A stretch of 39,758 nt of DNA from an uncultured Candidatus Saccharibacteria bacterium (GTDB lineage Bacteria; Patescibacteriota; Saccharimonadia; Saccharimonadales; JAGQNJ01). Where the stretch lies: positions 1 to 39,758 of the forward strand of contig CAZBSC010000001.1 in the NCBI GenBank assembly GCA_964494845.1, in the 5' to 3' direction. The position numbers and the translations under genes are program-made. This document shows, one piece after another, positions 1-8,198 of this stretch (position 1 is the first letter of the stretch; the number at the start of each line of letters is the position of its first letter). Below the pieces are notes generated by a model. It had not been told where the DNA came from and searched no databases. It saw nothing but the letters and a program-made list of their open reading frames with translations.

Positions 1-2
1 AA

Positions 3-137
3 ACATCTTCTCATAACACCGCCAAAGAGTCCGTTAAATCAGTCGACAAAGGCTATAAGAAAGCTGTTATATCTGGGTTCGCCACCGCAGTTGTGATACT
101 AGGAGTAATTCTAGCAGTCGCTGTTCTGACATCGTAA
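3..137 (+). CDS. 3' end of a CDS entering from upstream; C-terminal tail-anchor transmembrane segment
   Basis: The frame is open from the window edge to TAA at 135-137. It translates to ...KSVDKGYKKAVISGFATAVVILGVILAVAVLTS*, a hydrophobic C-terminal helix. No start codon lies in the window. Confidence 0.35.
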   Translation, partial: TSSHNTAKESVKSVDKGYKKAVISGFATAVVILGVILAVAVLTS

Positions 138-178
138 AAAACTAATTTGTATAAAAACAAAAAATGTGCAAAAAAACC

Positions 179-207
179 TTGTAAAACATAAGCTTTTGTG
201 CTACTAT
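179..207 (+). promoter_or_regulatory. sigma70-like promoter candidate for the 265..1797 gene
   Basis: TTGTAA (179-184), 17-nt spacer, TACTAT (202-207), preceded by TGc (199-201), which gives an extended -10. Confidence 0.35.
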
Positions 208-264
208 GTGTTTGTTATAAACAAAAACTAAATTCATTTAAATTATAAAGGAATTAAACCAACT

Positions 265-1797
265 ATGTCTGAGACAAGCGAAGCAATAACGACATTTAAA
301 GCACCGCAAGAGCTGGAGGCATTTCTAGCTGAAGCAGCTAATGATGCTCAAGTTGAAGATGTAGTTGGTGATAACCCCTTTGAAGGAGTAGCTGCAGCAA
401 GAAAAGCAGCAAGAGATGGTAGTGATCTTGAGCCTGCTGAGGGTCTACCGGATGCCGATTTTGTTGGAATAGCTGCCGAGAGAAAAGCGCGAAGAGCGGC
501 TAATGCTCGAGATGATGATTCAATAGGCGGTTCTGGTGATGGTAATGACGACATTTCTGAACCGGATGAAGTAGTTGCAGAGGCTGAAGAACGTTTTGGG
601 TACGTCGAAGCGCTTGATGGTAGATTTGGTGGCTATACAAAGGCGCAATGGGATGATCTATCGAACGAGGAGCAGGGAGAATCGAGAAAAGAATCTTTTG
701 GCAAAAATCTCTTGTCGGCACGAGCTTCTTCCGAAGGATCAGATGTGGATACGCCGGCTTCAGTAGCACCTAATTTTGAAAATGACCCACGAATTATTGC
801 CGGCAGGAAAAGCTTAAAGGAATCTACTGGCTCTACAGAGGATGTTAGGACACAAGAGCGTCCAGCAAGTGCAGCGGCAGTGGTCGACGAATTTGGCTTC
901 CCAGACTTCGAGCGGCCCCATGTTGATCCGAACCGTGTCCGCCCAATTAGCCGTGTTATCAGAGACGCTATTAGTAGAAGAAAAGCAGCAGCCGCAGAAA
1001 GAGTTAGTAATTCACAAACATCACAAGGTACAGGCACAGACAGAACAATCCCTTATGACGCAGGTTTAGACTCGGCATTTAGTCAAGCACGGTGGGGTGA
1101 CATGACATTCAGCGAACAATATGATGCTCGACAACGAGTGCATGATGCAAATAGAGAAGTGCTCTCAGATTTAGGAGCTAATCCAGAACCTGTTACTAAT
1201 ACATCAAAAGTAAGCATGAGAGAACGTGCCAGTAGGATTTTTGTTGCAGCTGGGGAAGGCTTACAGAGGCTACGCGAAAAAGGCCCAACAGAATTAATCA
1301 GAAATGGCTGGGCAAGAGCAGGTGTTATATCTAATAATGCACTTAACTCAACAGCTGAAAGAGCTAGAAACATGCGATCCGGTGGAAGAGAAGCTCGACG
1401 AGATAATTCTGAAAATGGAAACCGGGCAAAAATTATACTAGGCGCAGCCATAGGCGTGATACTAGTTGGCGGAGCTGTCTATATTGCAAAACATGGCGTC
1501 GAGAGTCCAGTGCACCTTCCTGATATGGGCGATGCTCTACACCCACGAGTTGGTCGCGGCGGTAATAATAATGTCGTTGGCGAGGCGATGAGCAGAAGAA
1601 GTGGTACAGTTATGGATAAACTATCCGAACTTACCCCAAGACAAATAAGAGCTCTAGATAGCCCTGAATTTGCTAGGCTAGCAACCCGTGGTGAAAAACT
1701 ACACCAGTTCGTAAGAGAGCTTCACCCCAACTGGTCAGATGCAAAAGTTGACCGCATGTCTAACCGATTACTGGCCGACGAATTGAACCGTCTTTAG
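265..1797 (+). CDS. hypothetical single-pass membrane protein with a long acidic, low-complexity N-terminal region
   Basis: 510-aa ORF with AAGGAA about 11 nt upstream. About 390 aa are rich in D/E/A/R/S. There is one hydrophobic helix (AKIILGAAIGVILVGGAVYIAKHG) and a tail of about 90 aa. I recognise no catalytic motif. Confidence 0.65.
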   Translation: MSETSEAITTFKAPQELEAFLAEAANDAQVEDVVGDNPFEGVAAARKAARDGSDLEPAEGLPDADFVGIAAERKARRAANARDDDSIGGSGDGNDDISEPDEVVAEAEERFGYVEALDGRFGGYTKAQWDDLSNEEQGESRKESFGKNLLSARASSEGSDVDTPASVAPNFENDPRIIAGRKSLKESTGSTEDVRTQERPASAAAVVDEFGFPDFERPHVDPNRVRPISRVIRDAISRRKAAAAERVSNSQTSQGTGTDRTIPYDAGLDSAFSQARWGDMTFSEQYDARQRVHDANREVLSDLGANPEPVTNTSKVSMRERASRIFVAAGEGLQRLREKGPTELIRNGWARAGVISNNALNSTAERARNMRSGGREARRDNSENGNRAKIILGAAIGVILVGGAVYIAKHGVESPVHLPDMGDALHPRVGRGGNNNVVGEAMSRRSGTVMDKLSELTPRQIRALDSPEFARLATRGEKLHQFVRELHPNWSDAKVDRMSNRLLADELNRL

Positions 1798-1884
1798 TGT
1801 AGTTTCTAGGACTGCCATATAACAAAAAGCACTGACTAATACATAAAAACTTGTTAGAATAAAAAGCGAAAGGAATAGCAAAAA

Positions 1885-2256
1885 ATGTTTAAACTAGATG
1901 ACAATTTACTGAGAGAACTAGGCCTGGGCGCATTGCCGCCCCAAGAAAAGAACAGGATGCTTGCTCACATATACGAAACGCTTGAAATGCGCGTAGGTAT
2001 GCGCCTAGCCGAAGGCATGAGTGATCAGCAGCTGAACGAGTTTGAACAGTTAATGCCACTACAAACAGATACAGACGAAGCGAAAAAGCAAAAAGAACAA
2101 GACGCTTTAAAGTGGTTAGAAACTAATTTCCCGAACTACAAACAGGTTGTTGCCGACGAGCTAGAAAAGCTAAAGGCCGAAATAAAAGCATCTGCAGCAC
2201 AAATAGTTGCAGCATCACAGCAACCACCAGAATCTGTACCACCTCAAGCAGCGTAG
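1885..2256 (+). CDS. small helical hypothetical protein (possibly DUF5663-like; from memory, unverified)
   Basis: 123 aa, with SD-like AAAGGAA upstream. Predicted helical, with LGLGALPPQEKNRMLAHIYETLEMRVG near the N-terminus and a Q/P-rich tail. Confidence 0.55.
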   Translation: MFKLDDNLLRELGLGALPPQEKNRMLAHIYETLEMRVGMRLAEGMSDQQLNEFEQLMPLQTDTDEAKKQKEQDALKWLETNFPNYKQVVADELEKLKAEIKASAAQIVAASQQPPESVPPQAA

Positions 2257-2262
2257 TTTTTG

Positions 2263-3213
2263 CTACAACAGATTTTTATGACCAGCAAGAAATTCTTTGC
2301 TGGTCATTTCATTTTTACCGGCAGGTTTAAGCTTATTTATGCACAAAGAACCATCGCCCGTAGCCACTATGATTTGACCGGATTCTGGTACAGCTTCGAT
2401 GTCTCCAGGCCTGGCGCCACGAGAAACCGTCGGGACAGAATAGGCATCAGTAACAATAATGTCTTTGCCGGCTATTGTTGTTCGGCTTTTAGGCCAGTCT
2501 ATAAAAGCTCTGATTTCGCGTTCGATATCTTCAGCCGATTTATCCCAGTCAATAACACCGTCTTGCTTTGTGAGCTTGCGAGAATAGGATACTTTTCGTC
2601 CAGTTATCGACTGGGGTGAAGGCTTTGCGCCAGCGATATATCTTGGAATTTCATTTATTAACATCTGATTACTAAAGTTTATGAGGTGTTCTGTGAGCTG
2701 GGGCGTGGTTATTTTTGCTGGTAATTCGAATTCTCCAAATGAAAGCAATGGGCCTTCGTCCATTTTCTCGACCAGTAGCATTAGGCTAACTCCAGTGCTT
2801 TTTTGGCCAGATAGTATAGAAAAGGTTATGGGGTCGGCACCGCGCCATTCTGGCAGCACCGAGAAATGGCTATTAATAATCCCCAGAGGGAAATAATCTA
2901 TGACGTCCCGAGCAACTATAATCCCAAAATCTATAAGTACTCCAAGATTCGAATTGAAGGGTTTTTTAGCAATTAACTCCGACAAATCAGTTTTGTTGCT
3001 AACGGTATAAATGGGCAAATTTAGTTTCTTGGCTGAATCTAAAACAGGGAAGGCTTCTTTGTGGTGAGCTGGTTTTGGTTTGGTTACTACTGCCTCAATA
3101 TCAAAATTTTGTGCCAGTAATTCTAAAGATTTAGCAGCGACTGGGCCGCTACCAAAAAACACTACACTCGGTTGGTTACCAGAGAATTTTGCTGTCTTTG
3201 ACATCTTTTTCAT
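2263..3213 (-). CDS. fmt: methionyl-tRNA formyltransferase
   Basis: 316 aa. Has the N-terminal VVFFGSGPVA and the INSHFSVLPEWRGADPI motif (HxSLLPxxRG type). Lies directly downstream of def. The start overlaps the def 3' end by 38 nt (29 nt if the second ATG at 3204 is used). Confidence 0.9.
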   Translation of the reverse strand: MKKMSKTAKFSGNQPSVVFFGSGPVAAKSLELLAQNFDIEAVVTKPKPAHHKEAFPVLDSAKKLNLPIYTVSNKTDLSELIAKKPFNSNLGVLIDFGIIVARDVIDYFPLGIINSHFSVLPEWRGADPITFSILSGQKSTGVSLMLLVEKMDEGPLLSFGEFELPAKITTPQLTEHLINFSNQMLINEIPRYIAGAKPSPQSITGRKVSYSRKLTKQDGVIDWDKSAEDIEREIRAFIDWPKSRTTIAGKDIIVTDAYSVPTVSRGARPGDIEAVPESGQIIVATGDGSLCINKLKPAGKNEMTSKEFLAGHKNLL

Positions 3214-3751
3214 AATCCAATTCTGTTAATTTTCCGTCGTCTCCCAGTTTGAAAAAAGCGTCTGGGTTATGCTTGATGTGATCAATGAATACAGTTCCTT
3301 TTGTATGATCAATCTCATGCTGCATTACTCGTGCCAAGAAGCCATTCACCGTTACGCGGAATTCTTTCCCATCTAGTCCCAGTGCTTTGACCTTGACTTT
3401 GTTATATCGGGGCACCAGTCCGTAGACGTCTTTTATGCTAAGGCAGCCTTCGTAATCCTCTACCAAATCGCCCTCGAGCTTAGTTATCTCGGGGTTTATG
3501 AACACCTTGAATCGATGATTCTCTTTATCGTCAATATTCTCCCTGACAATGACTATTTTTAGCATTACATCGATCTGTACGGCTGCTAGTGCAACCCCAA
3601 CTTCGTGCTTACGGCTATTTTCCCAGTCAATTGTAGCGGACTGCATGTCCAGGATTATTTTTCTAATTTCCTCAGTTATCAACCCGACTTTAGTAGATTT
3701 TTGTCGTAGATGCTCGTTGGGCAATGTGATGATATCTTCTTTTGTAGCCAT
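3176..3751 (-). CDS. def: peptide deformylase
   Basis: 191 aa with the three PDF motifs: GVALAAVQI, EGCLS and HEIDH. Confidence 0.93.
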   Translation of the reverse strand: MATKEDIITLPNEHLRQKSTKVGLITEEIRKIILDMQSATIDWENSRKHEVGVALAAVQIDVMLKIVIVRENIDDKENHRFKVFINPEITKLEGDLVEDYEGCLSIKDVYGLVPRYNKVKVKALGLDGKEFRVTVNGFLARVMQHEIDHTKGTVFIDHIKHNPDAFFKLGDDGKLTELDYEKDVKDSKILW

Positions 3752-3790
3752 TCAGGGACAAGTATACCGTATCTGTTAAATACTAAGAAA

Positions 3791-5722
3791 TTATAGCAAG
3801 TTAGAAGGGTCAATATTATGTCGCCATCCTGATGGCAGATCATGAATGATGTCGAGTAGATCCTGCCTGTTTTTTGATTTTACTATGACTTGCCATTGGT
3901 ATTTGCCAGATACTTTTTCGTGAAATCGGGGAGATGGACCCAAAACAACTAACTTTGGCATTTTGGCGTTTATTTTTGCCTTCAGTGATTCGCAGGCGCT
4001 CTGAGCTGTTTTTTGTTGGGCACGTTCCGTCGTCAGCTGCAACAAGTATGTGAAAGGTGGGAAATCGTATTTTTTGCGCTCTGCAATCTGAATCTGGTAA
4101 AAGTTATCCCAGTCATCAGATATAATGTTTTTGAGTAAACTCCCATCGGGATGATAGGTCTGTACTATGACCTTACTTGGCTTTGATGTTCGCCCAACGC
4201 GCCCGATTACCTGTCGTAGCAACTGATAAGTCTGTTCGTCTGCGGTGTAGTCTGGCAGATAGGTCCCGCTATCTGCTTGGGGTATAGCTACCAATGTGAG
4301 ATTAGGGATATCTAAACCTTTTGCCAAAACCTGGGTGCCGATAATAATGTCCACTTTTCCTTTTATTATTGACTCGTAATTTTTGTCTAGCTTTTCATCT
4401 GCCTTATTATCACTGTCAAAACGTTGAATACGTGCGCCAGGAAATAGTCTAGTTAGCTCAGTTTCCAATGACTTTGTCCCGCGCTTTTTGTATGAAATAT
4501 CTGATGAGCCACAATCTGGACAGGCTGTAGCAATATCCGATTTACGCCCGCAGACATGACATCGAAGATGAAAAGTATCGCCGTGATAGGTGAGAGGAGT
4601 GTCGCACTGAGGGCATGATGCATGCCATCCACACGATGCGCATGAAACTAGTCTAGCGGTACCCCGCCTATTTAAAAACACAAGTGATTGGTCGCCAATA
4701 TTGAGATTCGCCTCAATAGAAGCAATTATGTCTTCAGAGAAAACACTAGATCTAGTGAAATGCTCTCGCTTTTTAATATCAATTACTGAAACTTTGGGTT
4801 TTTTTACATTAACGTTTATTGGACTATCTAATCTGACTATAGGTACTTTATTATTGTTCAAGTGCCAGTAGTCTGCCAATCTTGGGGTGGCTGTCCCGTA
4901 CACGCATTTAATGTTGGCGATTGCTGCAAGCTTGGCAGCAACACGAGTTACTTCGTAATAAGGTGATTGATCTTGCTTATAGCCATTATCATGGGCTTCA
5001 TCTACTACAATTAGACCCAGATTCTGAACTGGGCTGAAAATTGCTGAACGGGGACCTACAATCAATAGCGCCTTTTTCGAAAAAGCAATGGTTGCCCAGA
5101 CTTTGTCGCGAGTTGATCTTGTCATACCAGAATGCATGGTCTGCACTCTACCTGGAAATTGCTCTGAGAATGTATTTACTAGTTGGGGCGATAAACCGAT
5201 TTCAGGAGTTAATACTATGACCGATCGTCCCCTTATTAGAGTCTCTCTAGCGAGCTCCAGATAGACCCTAGTTTTTCCTGTGCCTGTTTCACCGTGAATG
5301 AGAGCCGTGGAGCTGGAAGATTTGTTTATCGCCTTGAGAGCAGAATCTTGTTGTGGTGTCATGGGCAATAATTCTTTGCTTATCGGCGATGTTAATTCAT
5401 CTGAATTATCAATTTCGTGTATTTTCGCTGGAAGGAAGAGTTGAATAATTGAACTTAGCTGAGATGGGTAATACTGTTTAATCCATGAGATTAATTCTAG
5501 AGAGGGCTTTGGAAGTTTTATTCCATGGAAAACATCACCTACGTTTTTTGTTCGAATATTTTTTGGTTCTTTTACCTTTCGTATTATCACTCCGAGGCTA
5601 GACTCTGAGCGAAGCGGTACAGTAACAATGGCGCCTATCTCGATCTCCATTTCAGAAGAATATGTCAGAGGCATTTTGCCATGATATTTGGATGATCGTA
5701 CCCCGACCTCGTAGAAGTTCAT
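3791..5722 (-). CDS. priA: primosomal protein N' (replication restart helicase PriA)
   Basis: 643 aa. Walker A GETGTGKT, DEAH box VDEAHD, and a Cys-rich zinc insert CASCGWHASCPQCD...CHVCG...CPDCGS. Confidence 0.93.
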   Translation of the reverse strand: MNFYEVGVRSSKYHGKMPLTYSSEMEIEIGAIVTVPLRSESSLGVIIRKVKEPKNIRTKNVGDVFHGIKLPKPSLELISWIKQYYPSQLSSIIQLFLPAKIHEIDNSDELTSPISKELLPMTPQQDSALKAINKSSSSTALIHGETGTGKTRVYLELARETLIRGRSVIVLTPEIGLSPQLVNTFSEQFPGRVQTMHSGMTRSTRDKVWATIAFSKKALLIVGPRSAIFSPVQNLGLIVVDEAHDNGYKQDQSPYYEVTRVAAKLAAIANIKCVYGTATPRLADYWHLNNNKVPIVRLDSPINVNVKKPKVSVIDIKKREHFTRSSVFSEDIIASIEANLNIGDQSLVFLNRRGTARLVSCASCGWHASCPQCDTPLTYHGDTFHLRCHVCGRKSDIATACPDCGSSDISYKKRGTKSLETELTRLFPGARIQRFDSDNKADEKLDKNYESIIKGKVDIIIGTQVLAKGLDIPNLTLVAIPQADSGTYLPDYTADEQTYQLLRQVIGRVGRTSKPSKVIVQTYHPDGSLLKNIISDDWDNFYQIQIAERKKYDFPPFTYLLQLTTERAQQKTAQSACESLKAKINAKMPKLVVLGPSPRFHEKVSGKYQWQVIVKSKNRQDLLDIIHDLPSGWRHNIDPSNLL

Positions 5723-5731
5723 AAGATCATT

Positions 5732-5751
5732 ATATGTTTAATATTACATAT
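5732..5751. promoter_or_regulatory. AT-rich inverted repeat in the priA / wHTH divergent region (operator candidate)
   Basis: ATATGT (5732-5737) and ACATAT (5746-5751) are reverse complements, separated by 8 nt. Confidence 0.2.
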
Positions 5752-5752
5752 A

Positions 5753-5780
5753 TTGAAAAATACAACAGAATGGGTATACT
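5753..5780 (+). promoter_or_regulatory. sigma70-like promoter candidate for the wHTH gene
   Basis: TTGAAA (5753-5758), 16-nt spacer, TATACT (5775-5780). Confidence 0.35.
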
Positions 5781-5819
5781 GAGATATAGAACTTCGTTGT
5801 TCTAATAACAATAGAGCTT

Positions 5820-6104
5820 ATGTTAGACGTATTTATTACATCCAGAGTGAGGCGCAAAATAATAGTGGTATATGCAAAGTACCCTGATTTCAAGACGCAT
5901 GTGCGCGGACTGGCGAAACTTATCAAAGAAGATGCCGGGAATATTCAGCGCGAGCTAAAACGACTAGAGAAAATTGGCTTTTTGATATCCGAAAAACAAG
6001 GTAACACTAAAGTTTATTACACCAATAAACACTTTGTGATTTTTAAAGAATTGCAAAGTATCGTGTTAAAGTCACAACGCACAACACAGAAGAGACAACA
6101 ATAG
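5820..6104 (+). CDS. small winged-helix DNA-binding protein (ArsR/MarR-like fold)
   Basis: 94 aa. LAKLIKEDAGNIQRELKRLEKIGFLISEKQGNTKVYY reads as a helix-turn-helix plus beta-wing. Confidence 0.6.
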   Translation: MLDVFITSRVRRKIIVVYAKYPDFKTHVRGLAKLIKEDAGNIQRELKRLEKIGFLISEKQGNTKVYYTNKHFVIFKELQSIVLKSQRTTQKRQQ

Positions 6105-6127
6105 CAAGAATACACAGTTCTAACACC

Positions 6128-6156
6128 TTGCAAAAATGGAAAACGTATCGTAGAAT
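6128..6156 (+). promoter_or_regulatory. sigma70-like promoter candidate for rpsU
   Basis: TTGCAA (6128-6133), 17-nt spacer, TAGAAT (6151-6156). The ATG at 6167 lies only 10 nt after the -10 box. The TTG start given in the ORF track is this -35 box. Confidence 0.45.
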
Positions 6157-6166
6157 AGACACAGTA

Positions 6167-6391
6167 ATGATTCAAGTAACAAGAAAAGACGCAAAAGAAC
6201 CACTAGAAAGCATGCTTAGACGATTTACTCGTCGTGTTCAGCAATCTAGCGTTGTTGCTATTGTTAGGCAAAACCAATATTTCGAAAAACCAATCAGCAA
6301 GAGAGAGCGTCGCCAGCGAGCTATTGTTAGAAAAGAACGCAAAAGCATAAAGACACAAAGTTTTAGCACAGCCCCAACAAATAAAAGATGA
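6167..6391 (+). CDS. rpsU: 30S ribosomal protein S21
   Basis: MIQVTRKDAKEPLESMLRRFTRRVQQS...KPISKRERRQRA is a typical basic S21. I moved the start to the ATG at 6167. The stop overlaps the next start (ATGA). Confidence 0.85.
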   Translation: MIQVTRKDAKEPLESMLRRFTRRVQQSSVVAIVRQNQYFEKPISKRERRQRAIVRKERKSIKTQSFSTAPTNKR

Positions 6392-6846
6392 GCATTAAAG
6401 ACGACATTAACGGCGATCTAAAAAAAGCTCTTCTCTCAAATGATAAACAGACCGCTACAACTTTGCGCGGTCTGAAGAGCATAATTCTGGATGCTGAGAT
6501 ATCTGAAGGTAAGCGTGACACTGGTTTATCAGAGGAAGAAGTTATCAAGGTGCTGGTTAAGGCCGAGAAGCAACGTAAAGAAAGTGCCTCTATGTACGAC
6601 CAGGCGGGAGAGACAGAGAGAGCGGCTGCTGAGCGTCAAGAGATTGGAATTATCAAACAATATTTGCCCGAAGAAGTATCTGAGGAGAAAATTAACAGCC
6701 TTATAGATGATGCTATTGCTGGCGCCACTGATGTTTCATTACAATCCATGGGAATGATTATTGGAAAAGTAAAAAATGCTGCTGGCCCGACTGCTGATGG
6801 TGGGCTAATAGCAAAACTTGTAAAAGATAGGCTAGGCTCCAAGTGA
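6388..6846 (+). CDS. yqeY: GatB/YqeY-domain protein
   Basis: 152 aa. DLKKALLSNDK...LRGLKSIILDAEI...IIKQYLPE matches the YqeY-like pattern. The rpsU-yqeY linkage is known from Firmicutes. Confidence 0.8.
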   Translation: MSIKDDINGDLKKALLSNDKQTATTLRGLKSIILDAEISEGKRDTGLSEEEVIKVLVKAEKQRKESASMYDQAGETERAAAERQEIGIIKQYLPEEVSEEKINSLIDDAIAGATDVSLQSMGMIIGKVKNAAGPTADGGLIAKLVKDRLGSK

Positions 6847-7379
6847 TTATATTTATGGGAGTAGCAGGCTCCGGGAAGAGTGTTCAGGGGAAGATGTTGG
6901 CTGATGAGTTAGGGCTGCCCTGGTTGTCGACTGGAGAGTTTTTGAGAATGTTAATTTCTGGAGAACGTCGTAAAGACATGCTGGATGGGAAGTTGCTCGA
7001 AGATCAAGAAATTATTGCACTAGTACAAAAGATATTAACAGTAGTAGATGTTAAAGCGGATTTTGTTCTAGATGGATTCCCTAGAACCGTCGCACAAGCC
7101 GACTGGCTTCTTTCGCAAGTAAAACATGGTCAACTGAGCATATCGGCAGTTATCCATCTGAAAGCAGACCCAGAACTGGTGAGAAAGAGACTATTAGAGC
7201 GAGGTCGTCAGGACGACACGGACGAAGCAATAAAGGAACGGTTCGATGAGTACCAACAATCAGCAGTCCCAATTTTGAAACACTTCGAGAAATCAAAAAT
7301 CCCAATTTGTACTGTAGATGCTGGGCAGAGCATGGAAAAAGTTCATTCGCAAATTCTAAAAGCTGTAAAAGTAAGATAA
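6843..7379 (+). CDS. adk: adenylate kinase, short-LID form
   Basis: GTG start overlaps the yqeY stop. P-loop GVAGSGKS, LSTGEFLR, DGFPRTVAQA. There is no Cys4 lid. Confidence 0.82.
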   Translation: MIIFMGVAGSGKSVQGKMLADELGLPWLSTGEFLRMLISGERRKDMLDGKLLEDQEIIALVQKILTVVDVKADFVLDGFPRTVAQADWLLSQVKHGQLSISAVIHLKADPELVRKRLLERGRQDDTDEAIKERFDEYQQSAVPILKHFEKSKIPICTVDAGQSMEKVHSQILKAVKVR

Positions 7380-7386
7380 TTTTGTC

Positions 7387-8142
7387 GTGATAACCAAGGT
7401 TAAAACTGCCGATGAAATAGCTGCAATGCGTGAGGGTGGCAAAATGCTTGCCACGGTACTAGGGGTTTTGCGGGATAAAGTTGCAGTAGGCATGACTAGC
7501 GCTGATTTGTCAGCAATAGCGAAGTCGGAACTGAATAAGCTGGGGGGTAAGCCGGCTTTTTTGGGCTATGGTGGTTTTCCGGATGTTCTATGTGTTTCTA
7601 TCAACGAGGAAGTTGTGCATGGTATACCAACAAAAAAGCGAATGATACAAGAAGGCGACATTGTCAGCCTTGATTTCGGTGTATTACATAAAAACTTGAT
7701 AACGGACGCTGCAATATCAGTCATTGTAGGAAATGTTAAAGATCCTAGAGATATTGAACTGGTTAACGCAACCAAAAAGTCACTAGAGGCTGGACTTAGA
7801 ACGATAAAAAATGGAACACCAATTGGCACAATTGGCAGTGCCGTTCAGGGGGTTCTTGAGAGATCTAGATTAGGAATCGTTCAAGAATTTGTTGGGCATG
7901 GTGTGGGCCACCAGTTGCACGAGGAGCCGGGGATCCCCAATTATGGTTTCTCGGGTGAGGGATTTGTGCTGCGTAGTGGAATGACGATCGCTGTTGAGCC
8001 TATGGCTACATTAGGAGATGCGTCAGTGTTCATCGCAGATGATGGCTGGACAGTAATCACAAGGGATAGGAAAAGAAGCGCACATTTTGAACATTCTGTT
8101 TTAGTTACGGATGATGGATTTGAAATTTTAACAGAGCTATAA
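7387..8142 (+). CDS. map: methionine aminopeptidase type I
   Basis: 251 aa with a GTG start. Metal-site contexts DIVSLDFG, ITDAA, FVGHGVGHQLHE, IAVEP and HFEHSVLVT. Confidence 0.93.
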   Translation: MITKVKTADEIAAMREGGKMLATVLGVLRDKVAVGMTSADLSAIAKSELNKLGGKPAFLGYGGFPDVLCVSINEEVVHGIPTKKRMIQEGDIVSLDFGVLHKNLITDAAISVIVGNVKDPRDIELVNATKKSLEAGLRTIKNGTPIGTIGSAVQGVLERSRLGIVQEFVGHGVGHQLHEEPGIPNYGFSGEGFVLRSGMTIAVEPMATLGDASVFIADDGWTVITRDRKRSAHFEHSVLVTDDGFEILTEL

Positions 8143-8162
8143 CGGGCACCATGACTACAGTC

Positions 8163-8192
8163 TTGCCCTAGGGTTAGGGTAAGCGGTATACT
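8163..8192 (+). promoter_or_regulatory. promoter candidate for ftsA with leaderless geometry
   Basis: TTGCCC (8163-8168), 18-nt spacer, TATACT (8187-8192). Exactly 6 nt then precede the ATG at 8199, and there is no SD. Confidence 0.35.
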
Positions 8193-8198
8193 GCCATT

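Noticed and set aside
348-1451. Several 68-134-aa ORFs on the minus strand and in alternative frames inside the 510-aa gene
   Set aside because: All are nested in a longer ORF. Their composition is driven by the GC-rich, repetitive codons of the host gene, and none has an SD.
2260-2619. 119-aa plus-strand ORF opposite the fmt C-terminal domain
   Set aside because: It is antisense to fmt, which has clear motifs. It begins only 4 nt after the preceding gene and has no SD.
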